Part shown: positions 47,584 to 57,067 of the stretch, piece by piece
How positions within the stretch are numbered: the first letter of the stretch is position 1
How the letters are laid out: the number at the start of each line of letters is the position of its first letter
NCBI GenBank assembly: GCA_009773005.1
Contig: WOUT01000002.1
Span: 10,100-74,099 of the forward strand
Length of the DNA: 64,000 nt
Origin: Chloroflexota bacterium
GTDB taxonomy: Bacteria; Chloroflexota; Anaerolineae; Anaerolineales; Anaerolineaceae
Direction of reading: 5' to 3'
The notes under the pieces: model-generated
Databases searched by the model: none
What the model saw: the letters and a program-made list of their open reading frames with translations, nothing else
Told to the model about the DNA's origin: nothing
Translations under genes and position numbers: made by a program

Positions 47584-48009
47584 AGACATAAAATGAGTTT
47601 ATTTAATCCACTCTTGACCGCTGGAATGGTGATCCTATCTTAAAATGTATTCAACATGTAATCAGCCTGCAACTCAAAATTTCATAGATAGCTGATATTT
47701 TTTAGGGCGTGGGTTCTGCCATCTCAAACTGGACTTCCTTCTTGTTACCTATTCACCAGGCTAATATATTGGAAAACGTTCAGTCCGATTATCACAATCT
47801 TGTTCCTGATTACAGTATCTGGAGCAACTCTGCACGAACAGACCTAAAAAGACTCCAGTCCAAGCTATTGTGAATACATCGAAAGCGCCAGTACATTTTA
47901 TTCCATGATCCATATAAAATATTACCTCATGGGAAGCATTTTGAAATGGCACGCTGCGCATCCCATCCACCGAGAGTTGGATATTTTAGTTTTTCGGCGT
48001 GTTATACTC

Positions 48010-49818
48010 ATGGTTACAACTCAAAAAAGGACTGACCTATTGTTCCTACCAACTACAATTGAAGAAATGAACGCCCTGGGATGGCAAAAACTTGATGTCA
48101 TTCTGGTTTCTGGTGATTCTTACATTGACAGCCCATACTCTGGTGTGGCTGTTATTGGTAAAGTTCTGCAAAAAGCAGGCTTTCGCGTTGGCATCATCGC
48201 ACAGCCTGACGTCAATTCCTCAGTGGATATTTCACGCCTGGGAGAGCCCGCGTTATTCTGGGGGGTGACTGGCGGTACTGTCGATTCAATGGTCGCAAAT
48301 TACACTGCTACACTAAGAAAACGCCGTTCTGACGATTTTACTCCTGGCGGTGTTAACAACCGCAGACCTGATCGCGCGGTTCTCGTTTATACAAACCTGA
48401 TCAAAAGAACATTTAAGAACACGAAACCGATCGTGCTGGGCGGCATTGAAGCCAGTCTCAGACGCATCACCCACTACGACTACTGGACGAACAAACTCCG
48501 CGCGTCAATCTTATTTGATTCAAAGGCCGATTACCTGCTCTACGGTATGGCAGATCTAAGTATCGTTGAACTTGCCAGGGCATTCAAAGAAAAGAAATCC
48601 CCACTTGAAATTCGGGGGTTGTGCACTCTGGCAAAAACACCTCCTGAGAATTATCTTATTCTTCCCTCGTTCGAAGATGTAACTTCTGACAAAGAAGCGT
48701 TCATTCGCATGTACCATCTGTTTTATCAGAATAATGACCCGCACACCGCGAAGGGTCTGGCGCAGCAAAAAGGGGATCGCTGGTTGGTCCAAAATCCTCC
48801 TGCCAATATTTTAACTCGTGCGCAAATGGATAAAGTTTATTCCTTGGGGTACGAGCATGACCAACATCCTTATTATGAAAAACAAGGGTCAGTCAAAGCG
48901 CTGGAAACGATCCGCTTCTCAATCCCCACGCACCGCGGTTGTTACGGGGAGTGCAGTTTTTGTGCGATTGCCGTTCACGAAGGCCGCACGGTATCTTCAC
49001 GCAGCGAACAATCCATTCTTGCCGAAGTGGAAGAGATGACGCGGCACCCAAAATTTAAAGGCATTATTACCGACCTGAGCGGTCCGACCGCAAATATGTA
49101 CGGATTTGAATGTGTTAAGAAATTAAACAAAGGGGTTTGTCAGGATAAACGGTGTGTCTTTCCGGAAATTTGCCCGATCTTGAAGATTGATCACAGTTAT
49201 CAAATCGAACTGCTCAAAAAAATCCGTCAGATCCCCGGTGTAAAAAAAGTGTTTGTCGGCTCTGGCATCCGCTATGATATGGTTTTGGCTGATAAACAAA
49301 ATGGTCTGCCGTATTTAAAAGAAATCGTGGCACATCATACGTCAGGACAGTTAAAAGTCGCGCCCGAACACGCGGATCCTTATGTGCTTAAGATGATGGG
49401 CAAACCACCCGTTCGGTCGCTGCTAGAGTTCAAACAACAATTTGAAACCCTGACCCGGCAAGTCGGAAAAGATCAATACCTCACCTATTATTTGATCGCG
49501 GCATATCCTGGCAGCAGCGACAATGAGATGAAACGTTTGAAAGAGTTTGTTAGTACAAAACTAAATCTAACTCCTGAACAGGTGCAGGTATTCACCCCTA
49601 CTCCTTCCACCTATGCCAGCGTGATGTACTACACTGAAAAAGACCCTTTCACCGGTGAAGCGATCTTTGTGGAGAAGAATATTCAGCGCAAGATTATTCA
49701 AAAAGAGATCATCACTGAACCAATTACGACTAAAACACGGCCTGTTTCACAGTCCAATAAACGCAAAATGGCCAATGACTATGCGAAGTATAAGCGACCA
49801 GAAAAGAGAACCCCTTGA
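48010..49818 (+). CDS. ygiQ: YgiQ family radical SAM protein (UPF0313)
   Basis: 602 aa from the ATG at 48010. Contains FLPTTIEEMNALGWQKLDVILVSGDSYIDSPYSG and CYGECSFCAI (CxxxCxxC). The track ORF from 47905 adds an implausible N-terminal extension. Confidence 0.85.
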   Translation: MVTTQKRTDLLFLPTTIEEMNALGWQKLDVILVSGDSYIDSPYSGVAVIGKVLQKAGFRVGIIAQPDVNSSVDISRLGEPALFWGVTGGTVDSMVANYTATLRKRRSDDFTPGGVNNRRPDRAVLVYTNLIKRTFKNTKPIVLGGIEASLRRITHYDYWTNKLRASILFDSKADYLLYGMADLSIVELARAFKEKKSPLEIRGLCTLAKTPPENYLILPSFEDVTSDKEAFIRMYHLFYQNNDPHTAKGLAQQKGDRWLVQNPPANILTRAQMDKVYSLGYEHDQHPYYEKQGSVKALETIRFSIPTHRGCYGECSFCAIAVHEGRTVSSRSEQSILAEVEEMTRHPKFKGIITDLSGPTANMYGFECVKKLNKGVCQDKRCVFPEICPILKIDHSYQIELLKKIRQIPGVKKVFVGSGIRYDMVLADKQNGLPYLKEIVAHHTSGQLKVAPEHADPYVLKMMGKPPVRSLLEFKQQFETLTRQVGKDQYLTYYLIAAYPGSSDNEMKRLKEFVSTKLNLTPEQVQVFTPTPSTYASVMYYTEKDPFTGEAIFVEKNIQRKIIQKEIITEPITTKTRPVSQSNKRKMANDYAKYKRPEKRTP

Positions 49819-50996
49819 GTGCCTCAGAGCTCCTTCAGTTTTATGTGACCTGTCCTCCAGGCTTGGAACCCGTCCTTGCATCTGAATATCGGCAAATTAA
49901 TCTTGTCCGTTCCAAAATCAAAAAAGACATTCAAAGCCTCGAAAAACAACTTCCAGGTGAAGAAACTGGTGGAATGGAATTTGAAGGGCCGATCGAACAT
50001 GTTTATCTGGCCAACCTTCACCTGCGGACTGCCGGCAGGGTAGTCGTTCGTCTTGGAAATTTTATTGCCATCGCTTTTTCTGAATTGAGAAAAAAGGTTT
50101 CAAAATTGGAGTGGGAAAAATACATCCTTCCGGGTCAAAAGGTGGTAATTCGGGTAGTTTGCCACAAATCCAGGTTATACCATTCTGATGCAGTTGCAGA
50201 GCGAGTGCTCGGCGGGATCAATGATCATTTTTCAGTCATGGGAAAACACTTTATTGAAACATCCTCATCTTCAGAAGGACAACTCATTCTCGTGCGGCTC
50301 GTGAATGATCATTGCACGATCAGCGTAGATTCGTCAGGTGAACTGCTGCATAAGCGCGGTTACCGCCAAGCAGTTGCCAAAGCCCCATTACGAGAGAACC
50401 TGGCTGCAGCTATGATCCTTGCCTCCGGGTGGGATAAGACCTCCTCATTGATCGACCCATTTTGCGGGTCAGGTACGATCCCCATCGAAGCCGCCATGAT
50501 CGCCCGCAACGTCCCGCCCGGCATTACGAGACAATTCCAATTCATGAACTGGCCCAATGCGGATAAAACGATTTGGTTGTCAATATTGGATGAAGCCAGG
50601 AAAAAGATCAACCAGGATACCCCTCCGTTATTTGGTTTTGACCGTGATACAGGCGCAATTGACATGGCAAACGCAAATGCAGCGCGAGCTGGTCAAAAAG
50701 GGGTCATTCAGTTTAAATGTCAGGCCGTATCCTGCCTCGAACCTTCGCTTACTCCTGGCTGGATCATCACCAATCCTCCCTACGGAGTGCGCATCAGTGA
50801 AAACAAAGATCTACGCGATCTTTACGCCCGCTTTGGATCGATCCTGAAAGGGCAGTTCTCGGGATGGAAAGTAAACCTGCTTTCCAGCGAAGATCGGTTA
50901 ATCGCGAACCTTGGCCTTGGGTCTGCTGAAAAAACAATTCAATTTTCGAATGGCGGCCTCTCAGTCAAGTTGGCTTCTTATAAGATTAATGCTTGA
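49815..50996 (+). CDS. THUMP-domain class I SAM-dependent RNA methyltransferase
   Basis: 393 aa, TTG start overlapping the ygiQ stop by 4 nt. Contains DPFCGSGTIPIEAA (motif I) and NPPYG (motif IV). Confidence 0.8.
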   Translation: MSASELLQFYVTCPPGLEPVLASEYRQINLVRSKIKKDIQSLEKQLPGEETGGMEFEGPIEHVYLANLHLRTAGRVVVRLGNFIAIAFSELRKKVSKLEWEKYILPGQKVVIRVVCHKSRLYHSDAVAERVLGGINDHFSVMGKHFIETSSSSEGQLILVRLVNDHCTISVDSSGELLHKRGYRQAVAKAPLRENLAAAMILASGWDKTSSLIDPFCGSGTIPIEAAMIARNVPPGITRQFQFMNWPNADKTIWLSILDEARKKINQDTPPLFGFDRDTGAIDMANANAARAGQKGVIQFKCQAVSCLEPSLTPGWIITNPPYGVRISENKDLRDLYARFGSILKGQFSGWKVNLLSSEDRLIANLGLGSAEKTIQFSNGGLSVKLASYKINA

Positions 50997-51064
50997 ATAA
51001 ACCTGTATTCCGTAATTCACAGAGCTATGACTACGACCGCTCTGCCAGGCTTGCCCTAATACCA

Positions 51065-51307
51065 TCAGCAGGATGTATCAATAGTCGATCGAGGCGATCT
51101 GTTGGGCGTTCTTGTCTCTCTAAAGATAATGAACCACATTGAGCTGAGTAAATTACCTGATGCGCCATCGGTTACATTGGTGGAGACCAGGTGGTCAGAG
51201 TTTGGAATGAGCGTTGGACCAAATACACGTATTGTGCCGTTTTGGGTGAAGCGGAACGAAGCACCCCTGAGGAGCGCAAAGACCGCGACCGATGCCATCA
51301 TAAACAT
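51065..51307 (-). CDS. Possible small secreted protein (80 aa)
   Basis: AAGGAA lies 7 nt upstream of the ATG. The N-terminus MFMMASVAVFALLRGASF is signal-peptide-like. No family recognised, and it sits in an otherwise non-coding gap. Confidence 0.3.
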   Translation of the reverse strand: MFMMASVAVFALLRGASFRFTQNGTIRVFGPTLIPNSDHLVSTNVTDGASGNLLSSMWFIIFRETRTPNRSPRSTIDTSC

Positions 51308-51377
51308 TTGTATGTTCCTTAGTATTAACTTTCTTAAATAATTAATGAACTATCCGCCTTGCTTTGAGGACAGCCCC

Positions 51378-51410
51378 CGATTGAAGGTCGATTGAAGGTC
51401 GAATGAAATT
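51378..51410. repeat. Short tandem repeat: 11-mer, 2 perfect copies plus 1 degenerate
   Basis: cgattgaaggt at 51378-51388 and 51389-51399, then cgaatgaaatt (8/11 matches). Confidence 0.8.
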
Positions 51411-51879
51411 CGACTCAAGTCACCCATCCACATTGAAGTCATCTTCGCCAACATCCAGTCCTGGTTTTCTAGTTTTTCAATGAATCTGCTATGATCGCGT
51501 CTGTAACTTTCTCCGTTTTTGCCGCAAAAATACCCGTGTGTTTCGCTCCTTATCAAGGTGTTATTTGACGGACGTCATTGATGCTGTCTTAATGTTCCAC
51601 GGTTTTTGACGGTAATTTGACACTGAATGGATAATATTATTTTGAACAAACAAAGACTAGATTTTTATTTAAAAACCTATCAATTGCTTGTTTAACGCGA
51701 TCTTCAAATTAGGTTTGCTTCACCATGGTTCGCTCTTTTAAAATTCTTGATAGTTCTAATTTTCGGCTTTTCAAGGTTTCGAGTCAAAGTTTAATTTCCC
51801 AAGTCAAAAACATATATTAATAATGCGAAAGAAATTCGACAACCAAATAATTAGAGAAAAAGATAAAAAGAGATGAAAA

Positions 51880-53766
51880 ATGAAAAAATATAATATCCAA
51901 CTGACAATTTTTGTGGCTATTGCAAGCCTGCTTCTTTCTGCTTGCAACAAAAGTACACCACAAGTAACTAAAACCATGACAAATTTGAATACCGATACAG
52001 TTGTTATTACAAAAACCAGCACTGCCCCCCCTACCGCTACTGCCACTCCCACGCCTGAACGCGACCTGACAATTGGCGTTGAAGGCGATGATGTACAAAT
52101 CCTGCAAAGCCAGCTTTTAGCGCTCAATTATTATGAGGTTGGGCGACAAGACGGATTCTATGATATTCAGGACGAAGCCGCAGTTCGACACTTTCAGCTT
52201 CTCAACAATTTACCAATCACCGGAATTGTGGATGAAGTCACACGAGGCGCTTTTGCTAGCCCCAACCCCGCGCCATATTATCTTCCTCCGGTCTTTCCGG
52301 GCAAAGTCGCAGTCGTGAATACAAATGTGCCAGTGTGCGATGACCATGCTCTTCAAGACCGACTCGCTATTCTCGGATATATTCAACCTGGTTCCGAAGA
52401 ATGGTCAATCGGCGCCTTTGGATCTGAAACGAAAAACGCATTGGTCGAATTCCAGAAACAATATATGTCCACAGCCAACGGCAAACCAGATCTTCAAACC
52501 TGGAAAACACTTTTCAGTCCAATTCCCCAATGGACCAGTGGAGGAGCGCAAGCGGTAGTGGAAAAATGGTCTTCCGTTATTTTTCCTGCAGATCCAGATG
52601 TAGTTGCGCTTGCATGGGATGGCTCCCGGTTGTGGATGGCAGTCAGCAAAGGTGGCAGCGTTTATGATAACTTTTTGATTCGCATTGACCCCGGCGCTCA
52701 TCCTGCCGAAGCAGTAATGGTCATTAGACCCAGAGATTGTGAGACTCTGGAAGCACAGATTGCCAATATGGTGTTTGCCGGAGGAAAGATTTGGCTGCTT
52801 TATGCGACAGATGGAGATGGTAATCCTGCTCCCCTGATTCAAACTGTTGACCCTGAGACTGGAATTGCGCACACTCCTTTCCAATTTGCCAACTGTCCTG
52901 ATGGATACTGTTTTCCCGCTTCAGCAATGGGTGTTGCCAATGGACAAGTTTGGGCAACTGCAGGAGACCGCGCCTATGCGATCGATTCATCGTCTGGAAG
53001 GGTGATTATTTCCAGACCTGTTGGATTTATGGCAGCAGGAAAAATGGTCTTTGATGGGCAGTGCTTTTTATACATGGGCGAATCCACTGTTTCGTCATTT
53101 AACCCGCAGGGAGGTTCATGTCGTGCCGCAGATTCAATTACAGCGCTTTCTTACGGCTTTCCGGAAACCGACGGTACCCAAGTATGGACTATCAACTCCG
53201 ATGGATCACTTTCTCAACTGAATCTAAACACAGGTGTCAGCATCTTTACCGACCCGGTTTCAAGCAGTCCATCTGCACTGGCATTTGGGAAAAAACACTT
53301 ATGGATCGCCGATAATTACACCAACACGATCATAGGGATGTCATCGGATGGGAGTTTGGGAGATGAGGTACAACTCAATGGAGAAAACCCAACCCTATTA
53401 TTGCAGGAGTCAAACAATCTCTGGGTATATTTTCAGGACAGTAGTTCAGTAGAAAAAATTGTTGTTGATAATTATCAAGTTAAACCTTTTTTACGTACGC
53501 CTACGCCTGTTTTCACAGTTACACCCTCTCCGACTCCGCCGGTTTTAACGCGGTCACTTTTCCTTACCACTCCCAATCATCAGGGAGATGATGTTTTATT
53601 GCTTCAAAACAGACTACTCTCACTCGGTTTTACAGAACTTGGCGTTCCAGACGGTTCATTTGGTCAGTTGACGGATAAGGCTGTACGCCGTTTTCAGAAG
53701 GAGAAAGGATTGGTCGTTGACGGTATAGTGGGTCCGCTCACCTGGAACAAGTTGTTCGGAAATTGA
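51880..53766 (+). CDS. Lipoprotein with three PG_binding_1-type peptidoglycan-binding domains flanking a beta-propeller-like core
   Basis: 628 aa. Lipobox LLLSAC. PG-binding repeats: GDDVQILQSQLLALNYY...AVRHFQ, HALQDRLAILGY...ALVEFQ and GDDVLLLQNRLLSLGF...AVRRFQKEKGLVVDGIVGPLTW. The middle has recurrent xxLW/VW blade-like segments. Confidence 0.8.
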   Translation: MKKYNIQLTIFVAIASLLLSACNKSTPQVTKTMTNLNTDTVVITKTSTAPPTATATPTPERDLTIGVEGDDVQILQSQLLALNYYEVGRQDGFYDIQDEAAVRHFQLLNNLPITGIVDEVTRGAFASPNPAPYYLPPVFPGKVAVVNTNVPVCDDHALQDRLAILGYIQPGSEEWSIGAFGSETKNALVEFQKQYMSTANGKPDLQTWKTLFSPIPQWTSGGAQAVVEKWSSVIFPADPDVVALAWDGSRLWMAVSKGGSVYDNFLIRIDPGAHPAEAVMVIRPRDCETLEAQIANMVFAGGKIWLLYATDGDGNPAPLIQTVDPETGIAHTPFQFANCPDGYCFPASAMGVANGQVWATAGDRAYAIDSSSGRVIISRPVGFMAAGKMVFDGQCFLYMGESTVSSFNPQGGSCRAADSITALSYGFPETDGTQVWTINSDGSLSQLNLNTGVSIFTDPVSSSPSALAFGKKHLWIADNYTNTIIGMSSDGSLGDEVQLNGENPTLLLQESNNLWVYFQDSSSVEKIVVDNYQVKPFLRTPTPVFTVTPSPTPPVLTRSLFLTTPNHQGDDVLLLQNRLLSLGFTELGVPDGSFGQLTDKAVRRFQKEKGLVVDGIVGPLTWNKLFGN

Positions 53767-53851
53767 GGCATCTACCCAAAATAAGTTAATCAGAAAGGTT
53801 ATTTTTAAAATTAACATTTATCAATCCTAAAACCCTTCACAAGTAGTCGAA

Positions 53852-54673
53852 GTGGATAAAGCAGACATAAACGGAGAAGTTTGGATCGCCTGGTCTGGTG
53901 AACCTGAAATGGTTGAAAGTTGCCCGGACCTGATGACGATACAAATCGAGTTGGATGAACCTTTCTATATCAATCGTGTAATCGTGTTTATCGACCAAAC
54001 CATCCTGGGGCTTGGTTGGAATGAAATCGATGCGGTTGAGCTGGTGGGCTACACACAAGAGTCGCACGCGGCTGTGCCTTCTTCACCTGAACCCATACAG
54101 GAAACACCTGCTTCAGGCACACCATTTAACACCGGGGAAAAACCAGCTCCCACAAATTTTTCAGGTTGGATGGCTGGACCAGTCTATCAAGGGTGGATCA
54201 ATATCAAGATTAACGAAACGCGTGTCGAAGACCTCGATAAGATTATGACCATTAACGGAACACGGAGCACTGACTCCTGGAAACCCCGACCGGATTATGC
54301 CAATACTTTCATTTACGAAATGGGACCAAAGGAGATGAAAGCTTATATTAGTGTGACCTCTAACGGCATCGTCTACAGGAAAAGCATATCCCCAAATGCA
54401 TATCCAACCGATTATCAATTGCCGACAGTTACAAGGGCGACTTATGAAGAGTTAGATGCAATCTATAAAAAAGACTATGTGATCCCATATCCAGTCATGG
54501 CTAACATTCTCAATTCGCCGGGGTTTCTTAAAGAAGCCTCCTATCGACAGGATGATGGCAAACTGATCACCCATTTTGTATGGCTTGCTGCAAACGGTGA
54601 CAGGATGGGTGGGTTTTTCTATAATGGGCTGTTGACAGGTATGGCTGGATTGACCTTTATTCCTAAAGAATAG
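53852..54673 (+). CDS. Hypothetical protein (orphan-looking, GTG start)
   Basis: 273 aa with no signal peptide. The first ~60 aa end in NEIDAVELVGY, followed by a Pro-rich linker and an unknown ~170-aa domain. Start codon uncertain. Confidence 0.5.
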   Translation: MDKADINGEVWIAWSGEPEMVESCPDLMTIQIELDEPFYINRVIVFIDQTILGLGWNEIDAVELVGYTQESHAAVPSSPEPIQETPASGTPFNTGEKPAPTNFSGWMAGPVYQGWINIKINETRVEDLDKIMTINGTRSTDSWKPRPDYANTFIYEMGPKEMKAYISVTSNGIVYRKSISPNAYPTDYQLPTVTRATYEELDAIYKKDYVIPYPVMANILNSPGFLKEASYRQDDGKLITHFVWLAANGDRMGGFFYNGLLTGMAGLTFIPKE

Positions 54674-54832
54674 ACATCTCACTCTTTACCAAGGGGATTA
54701 ATTCGTTAATTCAATCTATCATGTAAGTAATATTGATTGCGCTGTCTTAATCGACAAACGCAAGTGATTTGATTTGTTAAACGTTAATGGTAAACTTGAT
54801 TTAGAAAATGGTGAAAGGGTAATCTATCTAAA

Positions 54833-55807
54833 ATGTCTGTTCACGCCGCTACCGCCGTCGCTTGCCCTAACATCGCCTTCATCAAATATTGGGGGAATCG
54901 AGACCATCCGACCCGGCTGCCTGAAAATGGCTCGATTTCGATGAATTTATCCGAACTCACTACCCGCACGCGGGTTACTTTTGATCCCTCCCTGCCAAAT
55001 GATATTTTCGATCTAAACGGTATCCGCCAGACAACCGCCAGCCTGCAGCGCGTCACATCCCATCTGAACCTCATCAGAGGTCTGCGCGGCGTCTCGACCC
55101 GCGCTCACGTTCACAGCGAGAATAACTTTCCGGCTGGTGCTGGCATCGCCTCCTCTGCCTCTGCGTTCGCAGCCTTGACCCTTGCGGCGGTTAATGCCCT
55201 CGGACTGGAGATGAGCGAGAAAGATTTATCACGGCTTGCAAGACGTGGATCGGGTTCAGCCTGCCGTTCCATCCCATCCGGGTTTGTGGAATGGTACAGG
55301 GGAATTTCTGACATCGATTCCTTCGCGGTCAGCATCGCCAAACCCAGTCACTGGGATCTAGTCGACTGCATCGCCGTTGTAGAAAGTGGTCACAAGAAAA
55401 CGGGGTCAACAGAAGGTCACAAACTGGCATCCACCAGCCCGCTGCAAAATGCCCGCGTGCAAGATACTGACCGTCGCCTGGATCGCTGCCGGGATGCCAT
55501 AATTGCCCGAGATTTCGAAACATTCGCTGAGATTATCGAACAAGACAGTAACCTAATGCACGCGGTTATGATGACTTCCCGCCCCGCATTGCTTTACTGG
55601 GAACCAGCCACAATTGAGATTATAAAAGCAGTTCAGACCTGGCGTAAAGCAGGAATCCCGGCAGCTTACACTGTAGATGCCGGACCAAATGTTCATATAA
55701 TTTCTGAAGCAAAATCACTCGACGCAATAAAACATCGTCTGAGTTCCCTCCCTGGAGTCAAGGAAATTTTGATTGCTCATCCCGGTGGACCTGCAAAAAT
55801 CGTTTAA
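54833..55807 (+). CDS. mvaD: GHMP-kinase-fold mevalonate (di)phosphate decarboxylase (MvaD family)
   Basis: 324 aa. Contains NIAFIKYWGNRD, AGAGIASSASAFAAL and GSGSACRSIPSGF. Confidence 0.9.
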   Translation: MSVHAATAVACPNIAFIKYWGNRDHPTRLPENGSISMNLSELTTRTRVTFDPSLPNDIFDLNGIRQTTASLQRVTSHLNLIRGLRGVSTRAHVHSENNFPAGAGIASSASAFAALTLAAVNALGLEMSEKDLSRLARRGSGSACRSIPSGFVEWYRGISDIDSFAVSIAKPSHWDLVDCIAVVESGHKKTGSTEGHKLASTSPLQNARVQDTDRRLDRCRDAIIARDFETFAEIIEQDSNLMHAVMMTSRPALLYWEPATIEIIKAVQTWRKAGIPAAYTVDAGPNVHIISEAKSLDAIKHRLSSLPGVKEILIAHPGGPAKIV

Positions 55808-55872
55808 AATATCATCCATTCTTAAGTTTTTACAACTCTAATTGTTCTTCCATCCATTCCGCATGGTCTTAC

Positions 55873-55903
55873 TTTCAATCGTCGATTGAAATTGCTTTTT
55901 TTT
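55873..55903 (+). terminator. Rho-independent terminator after mvaD
   Basis: tttcaat (55873-55879) pairs with attgaaa (55885-55891) across the loop cgtcg, followed by ttgcTTTTTTTT. Confidence 0.7.
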
Positions 55904-55963
55904 ATATACGTGGTCAAACCGGATATAATGAATGGACTTTAGAGTTAATTATTTGGAGAAAAA

Positions 55964-57055
55964 ATGACAGTTATCGTAAATACAATTTTGTCAATACTCG
56001 TGTTCGTCCTCGCATTTGGCGCATTGGTTTTAATGCACGAATTTGGCCACTTCCTTTTCGCCCGCCTGAATAAAATAGAAGTTGAAGAGTTCGGTTTAGG
56101 GTTTCCTCCAAAGATGCGCAAGTTATTTAAAGCCGGCGGCACTGAATTCACTTTGAACTGGATCCCATTTGGGGGTTTTTGCCGCTTGAAAGGTGAATCT
56201 GGAGATTCCACAGAAGAAGGCAGCTTCATCACTGCCAAACCCTGGCGGCGTTTGGTTACGTTATTGGGAGGGCCTGTTATCAATTTATTAATTGGAATGG
56301 TGATCATTGCCTTTTTATTCACACGAACCGGCGCACCCGATTATCGAAAAGTGGAGATCATCGCTATCTCGGCAAATTCTCCTGCTTCATCAGCCAATCT
56401 CATAATTGGTGATGTCATTGCCCAGGTCAACAGTACTCCAATAACAAGCATTAACAAACTCTCTCAAATCATCTCACCTAACCTTGGAAAACCTGTTGAA
56501 ATGACCATAATCCGAGATTCGAAGTCAGTCTTAATCACAATTACTCCACGTGTGAAGTGGCCTTCAAATGAAGGACCTCTTGGCGTTACTATTTCAAATC
56601 CGGTCGTGAAAATTAGTTTTATTAAAGCAATTCCCATGGCATTCACGACCACCATTGATCAAGGAGTGCAGTTGTTGATGCTTCCGGTTAAGTTGATCAG
56701 CGGACAAATCGCGCCTTCACAAGCCCGCATGGTAAGCGTCAAGGGAATTTATGACATTTTCGCTCAAGTTCAAACCATTGATAAACAAGAAGCGGCAATT
56801 GATCCTTCTCTAAAAAACCTGAATACCGTCTGGTTTTTTGCTATTATTTCCATTGCTTTGGGTTTTACGAACCTGCTGCCAATCCCAGCTCTGGATGGAG
56901 GAAGAATTCTCTTCTTGTTACCGGAATTATTATTCCAGAAAAAAGTTAAGCCTGAATTGGAAGGTCGCATCCATATGGTCGGTTATTTGGCGCTAATGGC
57001 GCTGATGGTTCTCATGGTCATTAACGACATCATCAATCCGGTCGTTTTGCCCTAA
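55964..57055 (+). CDS. rseP: Site-2 (M50) intramembrane zinc metalloprotease RseP
   Basis: 363 aa. Contains HEFGHF, a single PDZ-like segment, and NLLPIPALDGGR. Confidence 0.85.
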   Translation: MTVIVNTILSILVFVLAFGALVLMHEFGHFLFARLNKIEVEEFGLGFPPKMRKLFKAGGTEFTLNWIPFGGFCRLKGESGDSTEEGSFITAKPWRRLVTLLGGPVINLLIGMVIIAFLFTRTGAPDYRKVEIIAISANSPASSANLIIGDVIAQVNSTPITSINKLSQIISPNLGKPVEMTIIRDSKSVLITITPRVKWPSNEGPLGVTISNPVVKISFIKAIPMAFTTTIDQGVQLLMLPVKLISGQIAPSQARMVSVKGIYDIFAQVQTIDKQEAAIDPSLKNLNTVWFFAIISIALGFTNLLPIPALDGGRILFLLPELLFQKKVKPELEGRIHMVGYLALMALMVLMVINDIINPVVLP

Positions 57056-57067
57056 GGAGAAGACAAA

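Noticed and set aside
47905-48009. N-terminal extension of ygiQ
   Set aside because: YgiQ-family proteins start close to the FLP.T..E....GW segment. The extra 35 aa look like translated intergenic sequence.
51804-52127. 107-aa and 96-aa minus-strand ORFs
   Set aside because: They lie antisense to the 5' end of the PG-binding lipoprotein gene and the A/T-rich leader. Their hydrophobic composition derives from low-complexity sequence.
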